Positions 27,201 to 35,351 of a stretch of DNA of 64,000 nt are shown here, in pieces. The translations under genes and the position numbers were made by a program. The notes beneath the pieces were generated by a model. That model ran no database searches, was not told the origin of the DNA, and worked only from the letters and a program-made list of their open reading frames with translations. This DNA comes from a virus, in the IMG/VR virus record IMGVR_UViG_3300045988_180880, positions 128,001-192,000 of that record; one strand, given 5' to 3'. Within the stretch, counting starts at the first letter, position 1. Each line of letters begins with the position of its first letter.

Positions 27201-28421
27201 ATGAAAACACTTATTATTTTAAAGGGATTAGCAAAAAGTGAAAAGCTTGAATGGGTTAAATCTCAAGGTCTAGAAAATTTCTTTCTAGATTATTCTATTT
27301 TCAAGAGATTATATAGTATGCCTGAGTTAGATCGAGATAAAACAACTGATATCTTGGGAAGAACGAATATTAATCTCATCTTTAAGTCATGGTTTGAAGC
27401 AATTAATAATAAGCTCGAATCTGGATGTCTAGTTGTTATCGATTATGATCAGGAGAAAACAAAGATTTTGGAAGATATGGGTATGATTTATGGTTATACT
27501 TGTTTCTATAAAATCTTTAATATCCCTCACGACTATACATCAAATCCAGAAAAATATAGTCCAGTAGGGTTTAAAAAGAAGACGAAAGAAGAATTAGAGG
27601 CAGAAGTTATTACATTTTTAAATCTTCAGCTTGGATATACAAAGAAAATTGGAGGATACTCTGATGTTATGGATTACTGGAAGAAGAAAGAAGTAATTCT
27701 AGATATTCCAAGAAAAGAGACGATGTATTTTTTCTCTGATCTTCATTCCAATTATTCTCTCTATCAAAAAATTAATCTCCCTTCTGGAACAATAAGAGTA
27801 CATTTGGGAGATTATATTGATGGTCCAGAAGAAGGTGGATCTAGAAAACTTATAGAAATGATTTTTAAGAATGCATCATACTATAATATATTCTTAGAGG
27901 GAAATCATGAACGTAGACTTAGAAAATTTTTATTCTGGAGATGGGCTGCAAGTAGTAACTCAGGAGGAAGTAGAGCTATTATTGCCGAAATGCTTTATAA
28001 CTCACTTCCAACAGATTTTTTAACAACAACAGCTGACGAATTTAGATCTTTAACTCCAGGAGAAGCATTGACATGGTTAAATAGATTAAATGATATCTTG
28101 AAAACCCATATAATTATTAAAAAAGATGATACTGTTTTTTATTGTACACACGCTGGAATTAAATATCTTGAACAACTTAGTCCTAAATTTATAGGAAATG
28201 TTATCTATGGAAATCGAGATATGGATATTTATGATAAATGTTTCTCAAAAACTATATGGAAACCTACAGGAAGATGGTCGGTTCATGCTCATTGTAAGTA
28301 TCCAGATGGCGTTGATTTCCTTAAATATGATGGAGTAGTTAATCTAGATCCATCATGTGAAAAAGAAATAGTTTATATGGAAAATAACATTAAAAATTTT
28401 TTACCATGCATCGTACAGTAA
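27201..28421 (+). CDS. two-domain protein: degenerate P-loop kinase-like N-terminus plus calcineurin-like (lambda-phosphatase/ApaH-type) metallophosphatase
   Basis: C-terminal half carries YFFSDLHSN (DxH), VHLGDYIDGPEEG (GDxxDrG), LEGNHERRL (GNHE), YCTHAGI and VHAHC. The N-terminus IILKGLAKSEK sits at the Walker A position but is degenerate. Confidence 0.6.
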   Translation: MKTLIILKGLAKSEKLEWVKSQGLENFFLDYSIFKRLYSMPELDRDKTTDILGRTNINLIFKSWFEAINNKLESGCLVVIDYDQEKTKILEDMGMIYGYTCFYKIFNIPHDYTSNPEKYSPVGFKKKTKEELEAEVITFLNLQLGYTKKIGGYSDVMDYWKKKEVILDIPRKETMYFFSDLHSNYSLYQKINLPSGTIRVHLGDYIDGPEEGGSRKLIEMIFKNASYYNIFLEGNHERRLRKFLFWRWAASSNSGGSRAIIAEMLYNSLPTDFLTTTADEFRSLTPGEALTWLNRLNDILKTHIIIKKDDTVFYCTHAGIKYLEQLSPKFIGNVIYGNRDMDIYDKCFSKTIWKPTGRWSVHAHCKYPDGVDFLKYDGVVNLDPSCEKEIVYMENNIKNFLPCIVQ

Positions 28422-29116
28422 TATTAACAGTAAAAAGTAAAGACTTAGGAAAAGTATTAAGTTCTTTAGAGATGAATAAAGACTTCGAAGAGAATACTAC
28501 ATTAACTCTTAGTATTGATATTGAAGATACAAAGAAAAATTATCAAGTTCTTTGTGGATCTCCTGAAGTTTTGGAATGGGACTTTATTGAGGAAGATAAA
28601 TCAGAGGATGATGAAGTCGTACAGGAAACAAAAGATAATTACAAAAAGTCAGTAAATCCTGTAACTGATATAGAAGAAGCGATAAAAACTGTTAAGGAGA
28701 GTCTTAATAAGGAAAAGTCTTTATGGCCTGATAATATATATTCAGTTGCCGTAAATACAGGAAAAACTCTTGGGTATCTTGAAGAATATATTAAAACTTA
28801 TGACGACATAATTGAATTTATCTTAATATCTTGGAGATTATCAAAAAAATTTCCCAAGTATTCAGTAGATTTTGTTCAAGAATATATCCTCCCAGCAATT
28901 ATCCAAAATCAAACAGATATTTCAGAAGTATCAAGCTTAGATCGAAAAATTCCTCTCCTAATTACATCTTATTATTCTGGAGTTAAAACAACAAAAGAAG
29001 TACTTAAAGATGTGATTAGAAAAGTTCAAGAATCATGGGAGATTATGAAAGAAACTGAAGATGTAGTTTCTTTAGTTACATTATTGTTTAGTGGTAAAAA
29101 AATAGTAATGTCATGA
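28406..29116 (+). CDS. hypothetical protein
   Basis: 236-aa ORF. Confidence 0.6.
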   Translation: MHRTVILTVKSKDLGKVLSSLEMNKDFEENTTLTLSIDIEDTKKNYQVLCGSPEVLEWDFIEEDKSEDDEVVQETKDNYKKSVNPVTDIEEAIKTVKESLNKEKSLWPDNIYSVAVNTGKTLGYLEEYIKTYDDIIEFILISWRLSKKFPKYSVDFVQEYILPAIIQNQTDISEVSSLDRKIPLLITSYYSGVKTTKEVLKDVIRKVQESWEIMKETEDVVSLVTLLFSGKKIVMS

Positions 29117-29607
29117 CGGAAGAAATACTTAAAGATATAAAAACTAGTTTAGGTTTAGATGATGTTGATGAAGCTATTCCTTATATCAATCAATGTATTC
29201 AAGCTAGAGATAGGATTTTATCAGACGAATATTCTGATTTTAAACCAGGAAGCTTAGTTCTTGATACTAGAGATAATGAAATTGGTTTTGTAATTGGACC
29301 AATCAATATGTATGGAGATATTAATACGGATAGTTTTGTTAAATTATCACACAATGCTAAAGTAAGTAAAGAAAATACTACAATGTTAGTAGTAACTCGA
29401 GTAATTGGAGGTTTAGAGAATGAAAGGCGTTCTAATTTTAGAGTTAGATACGTTAAACGAAATTACCTAACACCATTAAAGATAGAGGAGAATAATCTCA
29501 ACTATTCAACTAATAGTGTATCAGATCTTGATACTTTTTGTGGAAGTCAGTGTATTATGGAATGTACATCTGAGTGTAAATTATATAAATATAGAAGGAA
29601 AAAGTAA
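29113..29607 (+). CDS. hypothetical protein with Cys-rich C-terminus
   Basis: 164-aa ORF ending FCGSQCIMECTSECKLYKYRRKK. Confidence 0.6.
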   Translation: MTEEILKDIKTSLGLDDVDEAIPYINQCIQARDRILSDEYSDFKPGSLVLDTRDNEIGFVIGPINMYGDINTDSFVKLSHNAKVSKENTTMLVVTRVIGGLENERRSNFRVRYVKRNYLTPLKIEENNLNYSTNSVSDLDTFCGSQCIMECTSECKLYKYRRKK

Positions 29608-29620
29608 TTAAAAAACAATG

Positions 29621-29652
29621 AATACTAGGAGGGAAACCTCTTAGTATTTTTT
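29621..29652 (+). terminator. rho-independent terminator
   Basis: 12-bp stem aatactaggagg / cctcttagtatt, GAAA loop, T-run. Confidence 0.6.
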
Positions 29653-29663
29653 ATCAAAGAATT

Positions 29664-30836
29664 ATGAGTAAAAAATGGTTACATGGAGCTATACCTGCTC
29701 TACTAATTCATGGCTGTATAGGAACTGTTTATTGTTGGTCCTTGTTGTATGATTATATAAAAGAATCTATTACTGGTAATTGTACTTGGGCATTTTCCTT
29801 AGCCATATTTTTCTTAGGGATTTCTGCAGCTTTTTTCGGTCCCTTAGTAGAAAAGAATGTAAAGAAAGCTGCAACTATAAGTTCTATCCTCTTTGGTTCG
29901 GGAATGATCTTATCTGGAGTAGCATGTTATATAAATTCTATGCCACTTCTTTATCTTAGTTATGGAGCAATTATGGGTACTGGAGTTGGAATTGGATATA
30001 TCACTCCAGTAAAAACTCTAATGATGTGGTTCAAGAATAATAAAGGTCTTGCTACTGGACTTGCTATTATGGGATTTGGATTAGCGAAAGTAATAGCAAC
30101 ACCTCTTCTTAATTGGAGTATAGAAAGATGTGGAATATACTGTACTTTCTTCTCTTTTGGGGTTTGGTATACTTTGATTATGTTACTTGCTGCAATACTT
30201 CTTAAAAAACCAATAGAAGAAGGAAAAATAGAGAATACATCAAGACCCAAATTTAAATCACTTAAGGAATGGTTTGATAGGAAAAAACAACTCCTAAATC
30301 TACCAGCAATTACTACTATATGGTTGATTTTTTATTTAAATATCTCTTCTGGATTAGCAATTATAAGTTATGAGAAATATTACTATGAAACAGCTGGAAT
30401 TGGAATAGTTCTAGGATTAGTATTTTCAGCTATTTTTAATTCTCTAGGTCGTTTTGGAGTTGCTTGGTGGTCTGATTATTTTAAAAATCGTGGAAAACTT
30501 TTTGGAATAATCTTAACATTCTCTGTTCTTTCGGGAATTACAGCTTTTATGGCTCCAGGTTTTATTCCAGTAGCTGTACTTTTATGTAATGCTGGGTATG
30601 GGGCAATGTTTTCAATAATGCCTTCTGTTCTAGCTGATAGGTATGGAATGAAAGACGTATCTGAGATTCATGGATTAATACTTAGTGCTTGGGCTTTTGC
30701 TGGTCTTTCTGGAAATCAGTTTGCTAATCTTTTAGTAGGTATTCCAGAGAGTTCATATAAAACATTAATTCTTGGAAGTGTTGGGTTATATTGTATTGCT
30801 CTATCTTTAAGTGCTAAATTGTGGAATAAAGACTAA
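29664..30836 (+). CDS. MFS transporter (oxalate/formate antiporter-like subfamily)
   Basis: 390 aa that is hydrophobic throughout, with roughly 12 predicted helices by eye. The N-terminal GAIPALLIHGCIGTVYCWSLL resembles the OFA-family G..YaWSvf signature. Confidence 0.7.
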   Translation: MSKKWLHGAIPALLIHGCIGTVYCWSLLYDYIKESITGNCTWAFSLAIFFLGISAAFFGPLVEKNVKKAATISSILFGSGMILSGVACYINSMPLLYLSYGAIMGTGVGIGYITPVKTLMMWFKNNKGLATGLAIMGFGLAKVIATPLLNWSIERCGIYCTFFSFGVWYTLIMLLAAILLKKPIEEGKIENTSRPKFKSLKEWFDRKKQLLNLPAITTIWLIFYLNISSGLAIISYEKYYYETAGIGIVLGLVFSAIFNSLGRFGVAWWSDYFKNRGKLFGIILTFSVLSGITAFMAPGFIPVAVLLCNAGYGAMFSIMPSVLADRYGMKDVSEIHGLILSAWAFAGLSGNQFANLLVGIPESSYKTLILGSVGLYCIALSLSAKLWNKD

Positions 30837-30839
30837 AAA

Positions 30840-30850
30840 CCTTATATATG
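30840..30850 (+). promoter_or_regulatory. phage promoter motif
   Basis: ccttatatatg; ends 20 nt before ATG 30870. Confidence 0.6.
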
Positions 30851-30869
30851 ATATAATAAATAAGAAGTT

Positions 30870-31109
30870 ATGAAAAGTAATAGAGCGTTTGAAATTTTAT
30901 CTACATTAAGCTATGAACCGTGTTATTGTGAAGTAGATGAATCTATAATTGATTATAGTAATGCAGTTAGAGCAGTAGAAGAGGCTGAAAATGAAGTAAT
31001 AGATCTGCTTAAGGAAAGTATATTAGCGAAATTTCAAAATGGGTCTACAAAAGATACTATAAAGATTATACTTGAAGAAACTATAAAAGAGTTTAAGGAT
31101 GAAAAGTAA
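30870..31109 (+). CDS. small acidic hypothetical protein
   Basis: 79-aa ORF. Confidence 0.55.
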   Translation: MKSNRAFEILSTLSYEPCYCEVDESIIDYSNAVRAVEEAENEVIDLLKESILAKFQNGSTKDTIKIILEETIKEFKDEK

Positions 31110-31767
31110 AGAAGGAGATAAATATTTAGGAAAACACCTGAATAGTATAAATGACTTATTAGAAGAAGGTCATGATCCGAAAGTTAGAGATTTGGTAGTT
31201 TATGAAGATGCAAAAATACTATCTGATATTTCTTATTTTGAGGGTTATGATGCTGGGGTGTCGGATGAAAGAAATAAGGAAGATTATGAAGTATGGATGG
31301 TCGAGTTATTCAAGAAAATCGCTGTAGATGGATTACCAAAAGAATATAAAGGCGGCCATTCTAAGATATGTGTTTGTTTTGTTCCGGCCGTTAATGGAGA
31401 ACTTGACAGATATGTTATTGGATACTATAATTATAAAAAGAAAGGTTGGATGACTTGTTTATGTGAAGGATGTCAAGAATGTTTCCGGCCGACTCATTAT
31501 CTAGAACTTCCGGCCGCTCATAAAATCAGAAAAGAATATGATGTAACTGGGCAAACTAGATCAACAAATTCATTTCCTGAAGTTCCTGATGGTGTATATC
31601 AAGGAAAATTCGGTGGACATGTTGGAATGATAGAGTATTTAGGAAAGGTCTATAACTTCACATTCTTAAAAGGTATCGTTCAAGAAAATATTCCAAAAAC
31701 AATAACAGTAATAGATGGATATGGATGGACTCTACTAAAAGATGGACCGATTGTACCAACCGTTTGA
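31099..31767 (+). CDS. DUF551-like domain protein
   Basis: VDGLPKEY...ICVCFVPAVNGELDRYVIGYYNYKKKGWMT....RPTHYLELPAA resembles DUF551 (lP....vlv....g....a.y....W......vTHWmplP). Carries three CGGCCG sites within 132 nt. Confidence 0.5.
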   Translation: MKSKEGDKYLGKHLNSINDLLEEGHDPKVRDLVVYEDAKILSDISYFEGYDAGVSDERNKEDYEVWMVELFKKIAVDGLPKEYKGGHSKICVCFVPAVNGELDRYVIGYYNYKKKGWMTCLCEGCQECFRPTHYLELPAAHKIRKEYDVTGQTRSTNSFPEVPDGVYQGKFGGHVGMIEYLGKVYNFTFLKGIVQENIPKTITVIDGYGWTLLKDGPIVPTV

Positions 31768-31795
31768 AACTATAACAAATTAAAAATAAAAAATT

Positions 31796-32725
31796 ATGAA
31801 GAAAGAAAAATCAGAAGAAAAAGAAACATTAGAAGTTAACAAATTAATAACTAAGAAAGAAAAAATCAAGGATAATATTGTAGATATTATCGATATTGAT
31901 GACGAAGAGACAGAGGAGTTTAAATTCTCTGGTGGAAAATTGGTAATAGATGACTCACTGAATGTAATTGGAAAGTGGGAATCTAAGAATTATACATCAT
32001 TAGGAGATGGTGTTTATATGGGGTTTGTAAATAGCGGAGAACATGAAATAACGCTAATGGAAAGTAAGAAAAAGCACTCCAACATATTTGATTTTGGATT
32101 AGAGAATGGATATATCGCTATAAATAGAACTACACTCAAAGTAATCGTAAAGAATAAAAAAGGTTATATCGACTGTAGACATCTAACTCTAATCTGTGAT
32201 TACCTGAAAAAATCTATCAATTCCAAAGAAAAAGAAATTAAATCTTTGGAAAATAGTATATCAAGAATTGAGTCACATCAAGCAACATTTTCTAGTGAAG
32301 AATCTAGGGGAACAGTATTAAAATCTCAGAAAGAGATATTATGTGAGCTCAATGAAAAATTACCCTCACAAAAGAAATTATATGAGGAACTTTCAATGAA
32401 GAGAGCCAAATTACTGCAAGAAGTTCAAGAAGAATATGAAAATTGCTTGAAATCTTCTAGTGAAATGGAAAAAGTCATGGAAGAACGGAAAAAATCTTAT
32501 GATGCAGAGTTAGTTAAGTGTTATGGAAAAGAACATCCTACATCAGAAGATAAGAAAAATAAACACAAATCAGAAGAACTCGCCCTTCTCGAAAAATTAT
32601 TGAAAGAAGGAAGAAAAACGATAGCTCTTATTAATTATAGAATTCCTAACTATGAAGATATGTTAGAAATTCTTAGCGGTAAGTCTATTAAAAGAAAATC
32701 AAAAAGAAAGGACGACGATGATTAA
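31796..32725 (+). CDS. hypothetical protein with coiled-coil C-terminal half
   Basis: 309-aa ORF. Confidence 0.6.
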   Translation: MKKEKSEEKETLEVNKLITKKEKIKDNIVDIIDIDDEETEEFKFSGGKLVIDDSLNVIGKWESKNYTSLGDGVYMGFVNSGEHEITLMESKKKHSNIFDFGLENGYIAINRTTLKVIVKNKKGYIDCRHLTLICDYLKKSINSKEKEIKSLENSISRIESHQATFSSEESRGTVLKSQKEILCELNEKLPSQKKLYEELSMKRAKLLQEVQEEYENCLKSSSEMEKVMEERKKSYDAELVKCYGKEHPTSEDKKNKHKSEELALLEKLLKEGRKTIALINYRIPNYEDMLEILSGKSIKRKSKRKDDDD

Positions 32726-32999
32726 ACTACTAAGATTACACAAGTTAATTTGGGGAATTCTAGTTATTATAGGAATTCTTCTTGAGATGGTAATTGTAGT
32801 ACCAATCGTGTTTTTAGTGTTTATTTATAATTTTAGATTTAATCCAAGAAAAGTATGGGAAGCAATACATAGCGCAGACCTAGATTTTCAGAATAATTGG
32901 GGAGGTTATGCCTATCGTGATCATACTCCTTGGGATACGTTCAAAAGAAGATATAAATATACATTTAATCATATAGAGAACGAATCTAAAAGACAATAA
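32718..32999 (+). CDS. small membrane protein
   Basis: Hydrophobic segment WGILVIIGILLEMVIVVPIVFLVFIY. Confidence 0.55.
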   Translation: MIKLLRLHKLIWGILVIIGILLEMVIVVPIVFLVFIYNFRFNPRKVWEAIHSADLDFQNNWGGYAYRDHTPWDTFKRRYKYTFNHIENESKRQ

Positions 33000-33007
33000 A
33001 AAAGATA

Positions 33008-33045
33008 AAGTAGTAAGACATCAAAGCTTACTACTTTTATTTTCT
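33008..33045 (+). terminator. rho-independent terminator
   Basis: 10-bp stem aagtagtaag / cttactactt plus a T-rich tail. Confidence 0.6.
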
Positions 33046-33079
33046 ATGTAAAAAAAGGGAATCTCAGAAACCCCGAAAT

Positions 33080-33090
33080 CCTTATTAATG
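33080..33090 (+). promoter_or_regulatory. phage promoter motif driving an ORF-less unit
   Basis: ccttattaatg, with upstream gggaatctcagaaaccccgaaat resembling the extended motif at 62303-62324. No ORF lies downstream before the terminator at 33338. Confidence 0.55.
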
Positions 33091-33144
33091 TATGAAAAAG
33101 AATTTTAAAGAAAAAGATGATTTTATATTTTTAAATAAAGAACG

Positions 33145-33219
33145 AGTTCGGCTTACAATGTTAGTTACTACTAATTATTATATGGAATGCAAGATTATTA
33201 CTGCATTGATCTCCGAACT
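33145..33219 (+). ncRNA. structured small RNA, tandem unit 1 (75 nt three-way junction)
   Basis: Closing stem agttcgg/ccgaact; conserved hairpin ttagt-tact-actaa (33161-74); second hairpin aatgca...tgcatt. Junction strands CGGCT..ATGTTA and GATC.CCG are shared with unit 2. Confidence 0.55.
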
Positions 33220-33231
33220 TTAAATTTAAAT

Positions 33232-33312
33232 ACGTGGCGGCTCATGTTATTAGTTACTACTAAATTATAGATTTGTAAACTATGCGATTTACTGTAACGA
33301 TCACCGCCACGT
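33232..33312 (+). ncRNA. structured small RNA, tandem unit 2 (81 nt)
   Basis: Closing stem acgtggcgg/ccgccacgt (fully compensatory relative to unit 1); identical hairpin ttagt-tact-actaa (33250-63); second hairpin gtaaa...tttac. Confidence 0.55.
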
Positions 33313-33337
33313 AATTTAAAAAATATAAATAATTCTA

Positions 33338-33370
33338 AACTACAAGAGAAATCCTGTAGTTTTATTTTTT
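33338..33370 (+). terminator. rho-independent terminator of the sRNA unit
   Basis: Stem aactaca / tgtagtt followed by tttatttttt. Confidence 0.55.
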
Positions 33371-33429
33371 CTTCTCTGATACAAATAAAAAAAAGAACCT
33401 AGATTTTACTCTAAGTTCTTATTATTTTT

Positions 33430-33585
33430 CTATTCATTTACAGGAGGAAAGTCATCATTAATAACTTCTTCATTATCAATTAAACCCGCCTCTTTGTAGC
33501 AATTTCTTTTATTCTCCTTCATCCAGGCTACTAAACATCCTATTAAACCGAGAATAATTGCGATAAATCCTAATATCTTTTTCAT
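33430..33585 (-). CDS. small putative lipoprotein (51 aa)
   Basis: Hand-translated MKKILGFIAIILGLIGCLVAWMKENKRNCYKEAGLIDNEEVINDDFPPVNE, a signal peptide plus lipobox LIGC. A promoter motif lies 20 nt upstream. Below the ORF-track cutoff. Confidence 0.45.
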   Translation of the reverse strand: MKKILGFIAIILGLIGCLVAWMKENKRNCYKEAGLIDNEEVINDDFPPVNE

Positions 33586-33604
33586 AGTTTTCTTATTTAT
33601 TTTT

Positions 33605-33615
33605 CATATATAAGA
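33605..33615 (-). promoter_or_regulatory. phage promoter motif (minus strand)
   Basis: Plus strand catatataaga; 20 nt upstream of ATG 33585. Confidence 0.55.
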
Positions 33616-33618
33616 TTT

Positions 33619-35106
33619 TTAAGCGGATTCTGTGTTATTTTTATCAATATATCTTTTTATTTCTGTTATTAAGTCTTCTTCGGTTGAAATTATTGGTGCA
33701 AAATAACTATCTAACATTTCTTCAATAGTTGAAAAATGTTTTGTTGAGTCTCTACCTTCTCTTTTTAATATTTTAGGAATTGCAAAATAAATTATATCAA
33801 CTCCATGTTCTTTACACAAATTATACTTTATTAAATCTCGTTGTCTATGATTTTTAAATCCTTTCTCTCCTCCCATATAATTTACAGGAACAAAATGTTG
33901 TACTCCATGACCTTCTATTGCTAAGTTTAATTCTGGAATATAAAAATCTAATTCTAAATTCCTTTTATAAACTAACCAATCTAATGTATGACATCTTGGA
34001 ATAAATTCTATTCCCAAAGATTCTAAAATTTTTCTAATAATAGTTTCTATGGCAGATTCTTTTCGTTCTGGATAAACTAATTTCGTTAAATACCCTTCAT
34101 TACTAGCTTTGTGATACTCCTGTGGAAAATTAATTAAAAATTCAGTAGGACTTTGAATATTGTTATTATCTATAAACTCTTGCATTTCTTCAGAAGTTTT
34201 GTACTTGTCACCCCAATTAGCAACACTTGCTTTATATCTTAATTGCGTTCTAATTCCTAAAGTCTTTGCTCTTCCATAAATTTTTGGATAAGTTCTTTCA
34301 AAAGACTTGGCAGAATATATTTCTGGATGTGTATCAATAAATTCTTGAATATCTTCTACTGTATTAAATTCATCCACCAAACTATAAAGTATTCTATTTG
34401 GATATATTACCTTACTTCTTAATCCTAGTTTAGATAATTTAGCATACCCACTTAAAAATCGATTACTAAAATCTTTTGGATTTTGAATATTATTATCATC
34501 TATAAATTTTTGAGCTGACTCTAAATTATATATAGAATCCCAGTTATCTATATTAGTATGTAATCTATTAGGATATACTACAGACCTAGCAAATTTATTT
34601 TTTAATAATTTTCGATAAATTCCACCAAATCTTTTCTTAAAATCAGTTGGGTTTTGTATTTCATTATCATTAATAAATTTTTGATAGTAATCAACAAATT
34701 CTTCTGGATTTGTTCTTTTTGGAAATATTAATTTAGAAATGATTCTTAAGTTATTTGCTCTATTATATATAATTGGATAGTTAATTTTTAAATCAGAGGA
34801 TGATATAATTTGATTATCTTTAATGAATTTATTAATCTTTTCCAGAGAGTTTATATCTCTGTATAATAAGCTAGTTCTTCTATTCGGATAATTTACTTTA
34901 TCGGCAAAATTCTTTCTAACTAGGCGATTATAAATACTTGGATATCCCTTTTTAAAATCTAATGGCCTAGTAATTTTATTGTTATCTATAAACTGTTGAA
35001 AATCCTCAACAGTATTAAAGTCTTTTAAATCTAAAGAATTACTATTGTTCATTCCCGATTTAGCGACAGACTTTTCTTCGCTTTGAGATTTAGGTAAGTT
35101 ATTCAT
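33619..35106 (-). CDS. PD-(D/E)XK (DUF559-like) homing-endonuclease-like protein, paralog 3, with about five N-terminal ~60-aa repeats
   Basis: C-terminus LELDFYIPELNLAIEGHGVQHF...RQRDLIKYNLCKEHGVDIIYF. The N-terminus repeats the module F..FIDdN.I..P.DF...YP.IY.R.......v.YPNR (e.g. VEDFQQFIDNNKITRPLDFKKGYPSIYNRL...NYPNR; AQKFIDDNNIQNPKDF...IYPNR). Confidence 0.6.
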   Translation of the reverse strand: MNNLPKSQSEEKSVAKSGMNNSNSLDLKDFNTVEDFQQFIDNNKITRPLDFKKGYPSIYNRLVRKNFADKVNYPNRRTSLLYRDINSLEKINKFIKDNQIISSSDLKINYPIIYNRANNLRIISKLIFPKRTNPEEFVDYYQKFINDNEIQNPTDFKKRFGGIYRKLLKNKFARSVVYPNRLHTNIDNWDSIYNLESAQKFIDDNNIQNPKDFSNRFLSGYAKLSKLGLRSKVIYPNRILYSLVDEFNTVEDIQEFIDTHPEIYSAKSFERTYPKIYGRAKTLGIRTQLRYKASVANWGDKYKTSEEMQEFIDNNNIQSPTEFLINFPQEYHKASNEGYLTKLVYPERKESAIETIIRKILESLGIEFIPRCHTLDWLVYKRNLELDFYIPELNLAIEGHGVQHFVPVNYMGGEKGFKNHRQRDLIKYNLCKEHGVDIIYFAIPKILKREGRDSTKHFSTIEEMLDSYFAPIISTEEDLITEIKRYIDKNNTESA

Positions 35107-35276
35107 TTTTTTATTATATTTTTATTATTCATTTTAGACATCAGAAAGGAATTTCGGAGATAATAAAGTTTCCGGATCTTTATTATTTCCTACTTTTCCC
35201 TAATCTAAAATGAATAACTAACGATAAAAGAACACTAGATCAATCTATTATTTTATAAATTTTTCTAATGTTCTTT

Positions 35277-35287
35277 CAGTTATAAGG
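35277..35287 (-). promoter_or_regulatory. variant promoter motif (minus strand)
   Basis: Plus strand cagttataagg, which is CCTTATAACTG on minus; 171 nt upstream of ATG 35106. Confidence 0.3.
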
Positions 35288-35306
35288 TTTTTGGATTCTC
35301 AGGAAA

Positions 35307-35341
35307 GTAAAATAAAGACTTAGGATATTTCACCTAAGTCT
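35307..35341 (-). terminator. rho-independent terminator after clpC
   Basis: Stem agacttagg / cctaagtct, with a T-run in minus sense. Confidence 0.55.
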
Positions 35342-35351
35342 TATATTATTT

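Noticed and set aside
29960-30250. 96-aa minus-strand ORF
   Set aside because: It is antisense inside the MFS transporter gene.
33145-33312. The two tandem structured RNAs as tRNA genes
   Set aside because: They are the right size and have closing stems. However, they have no D-loop GG, no T-loop TTCRA and no 7-nt anticodon loop, and the 3' hairpin is separated from the closing stem by 5-11 unpaired nt.
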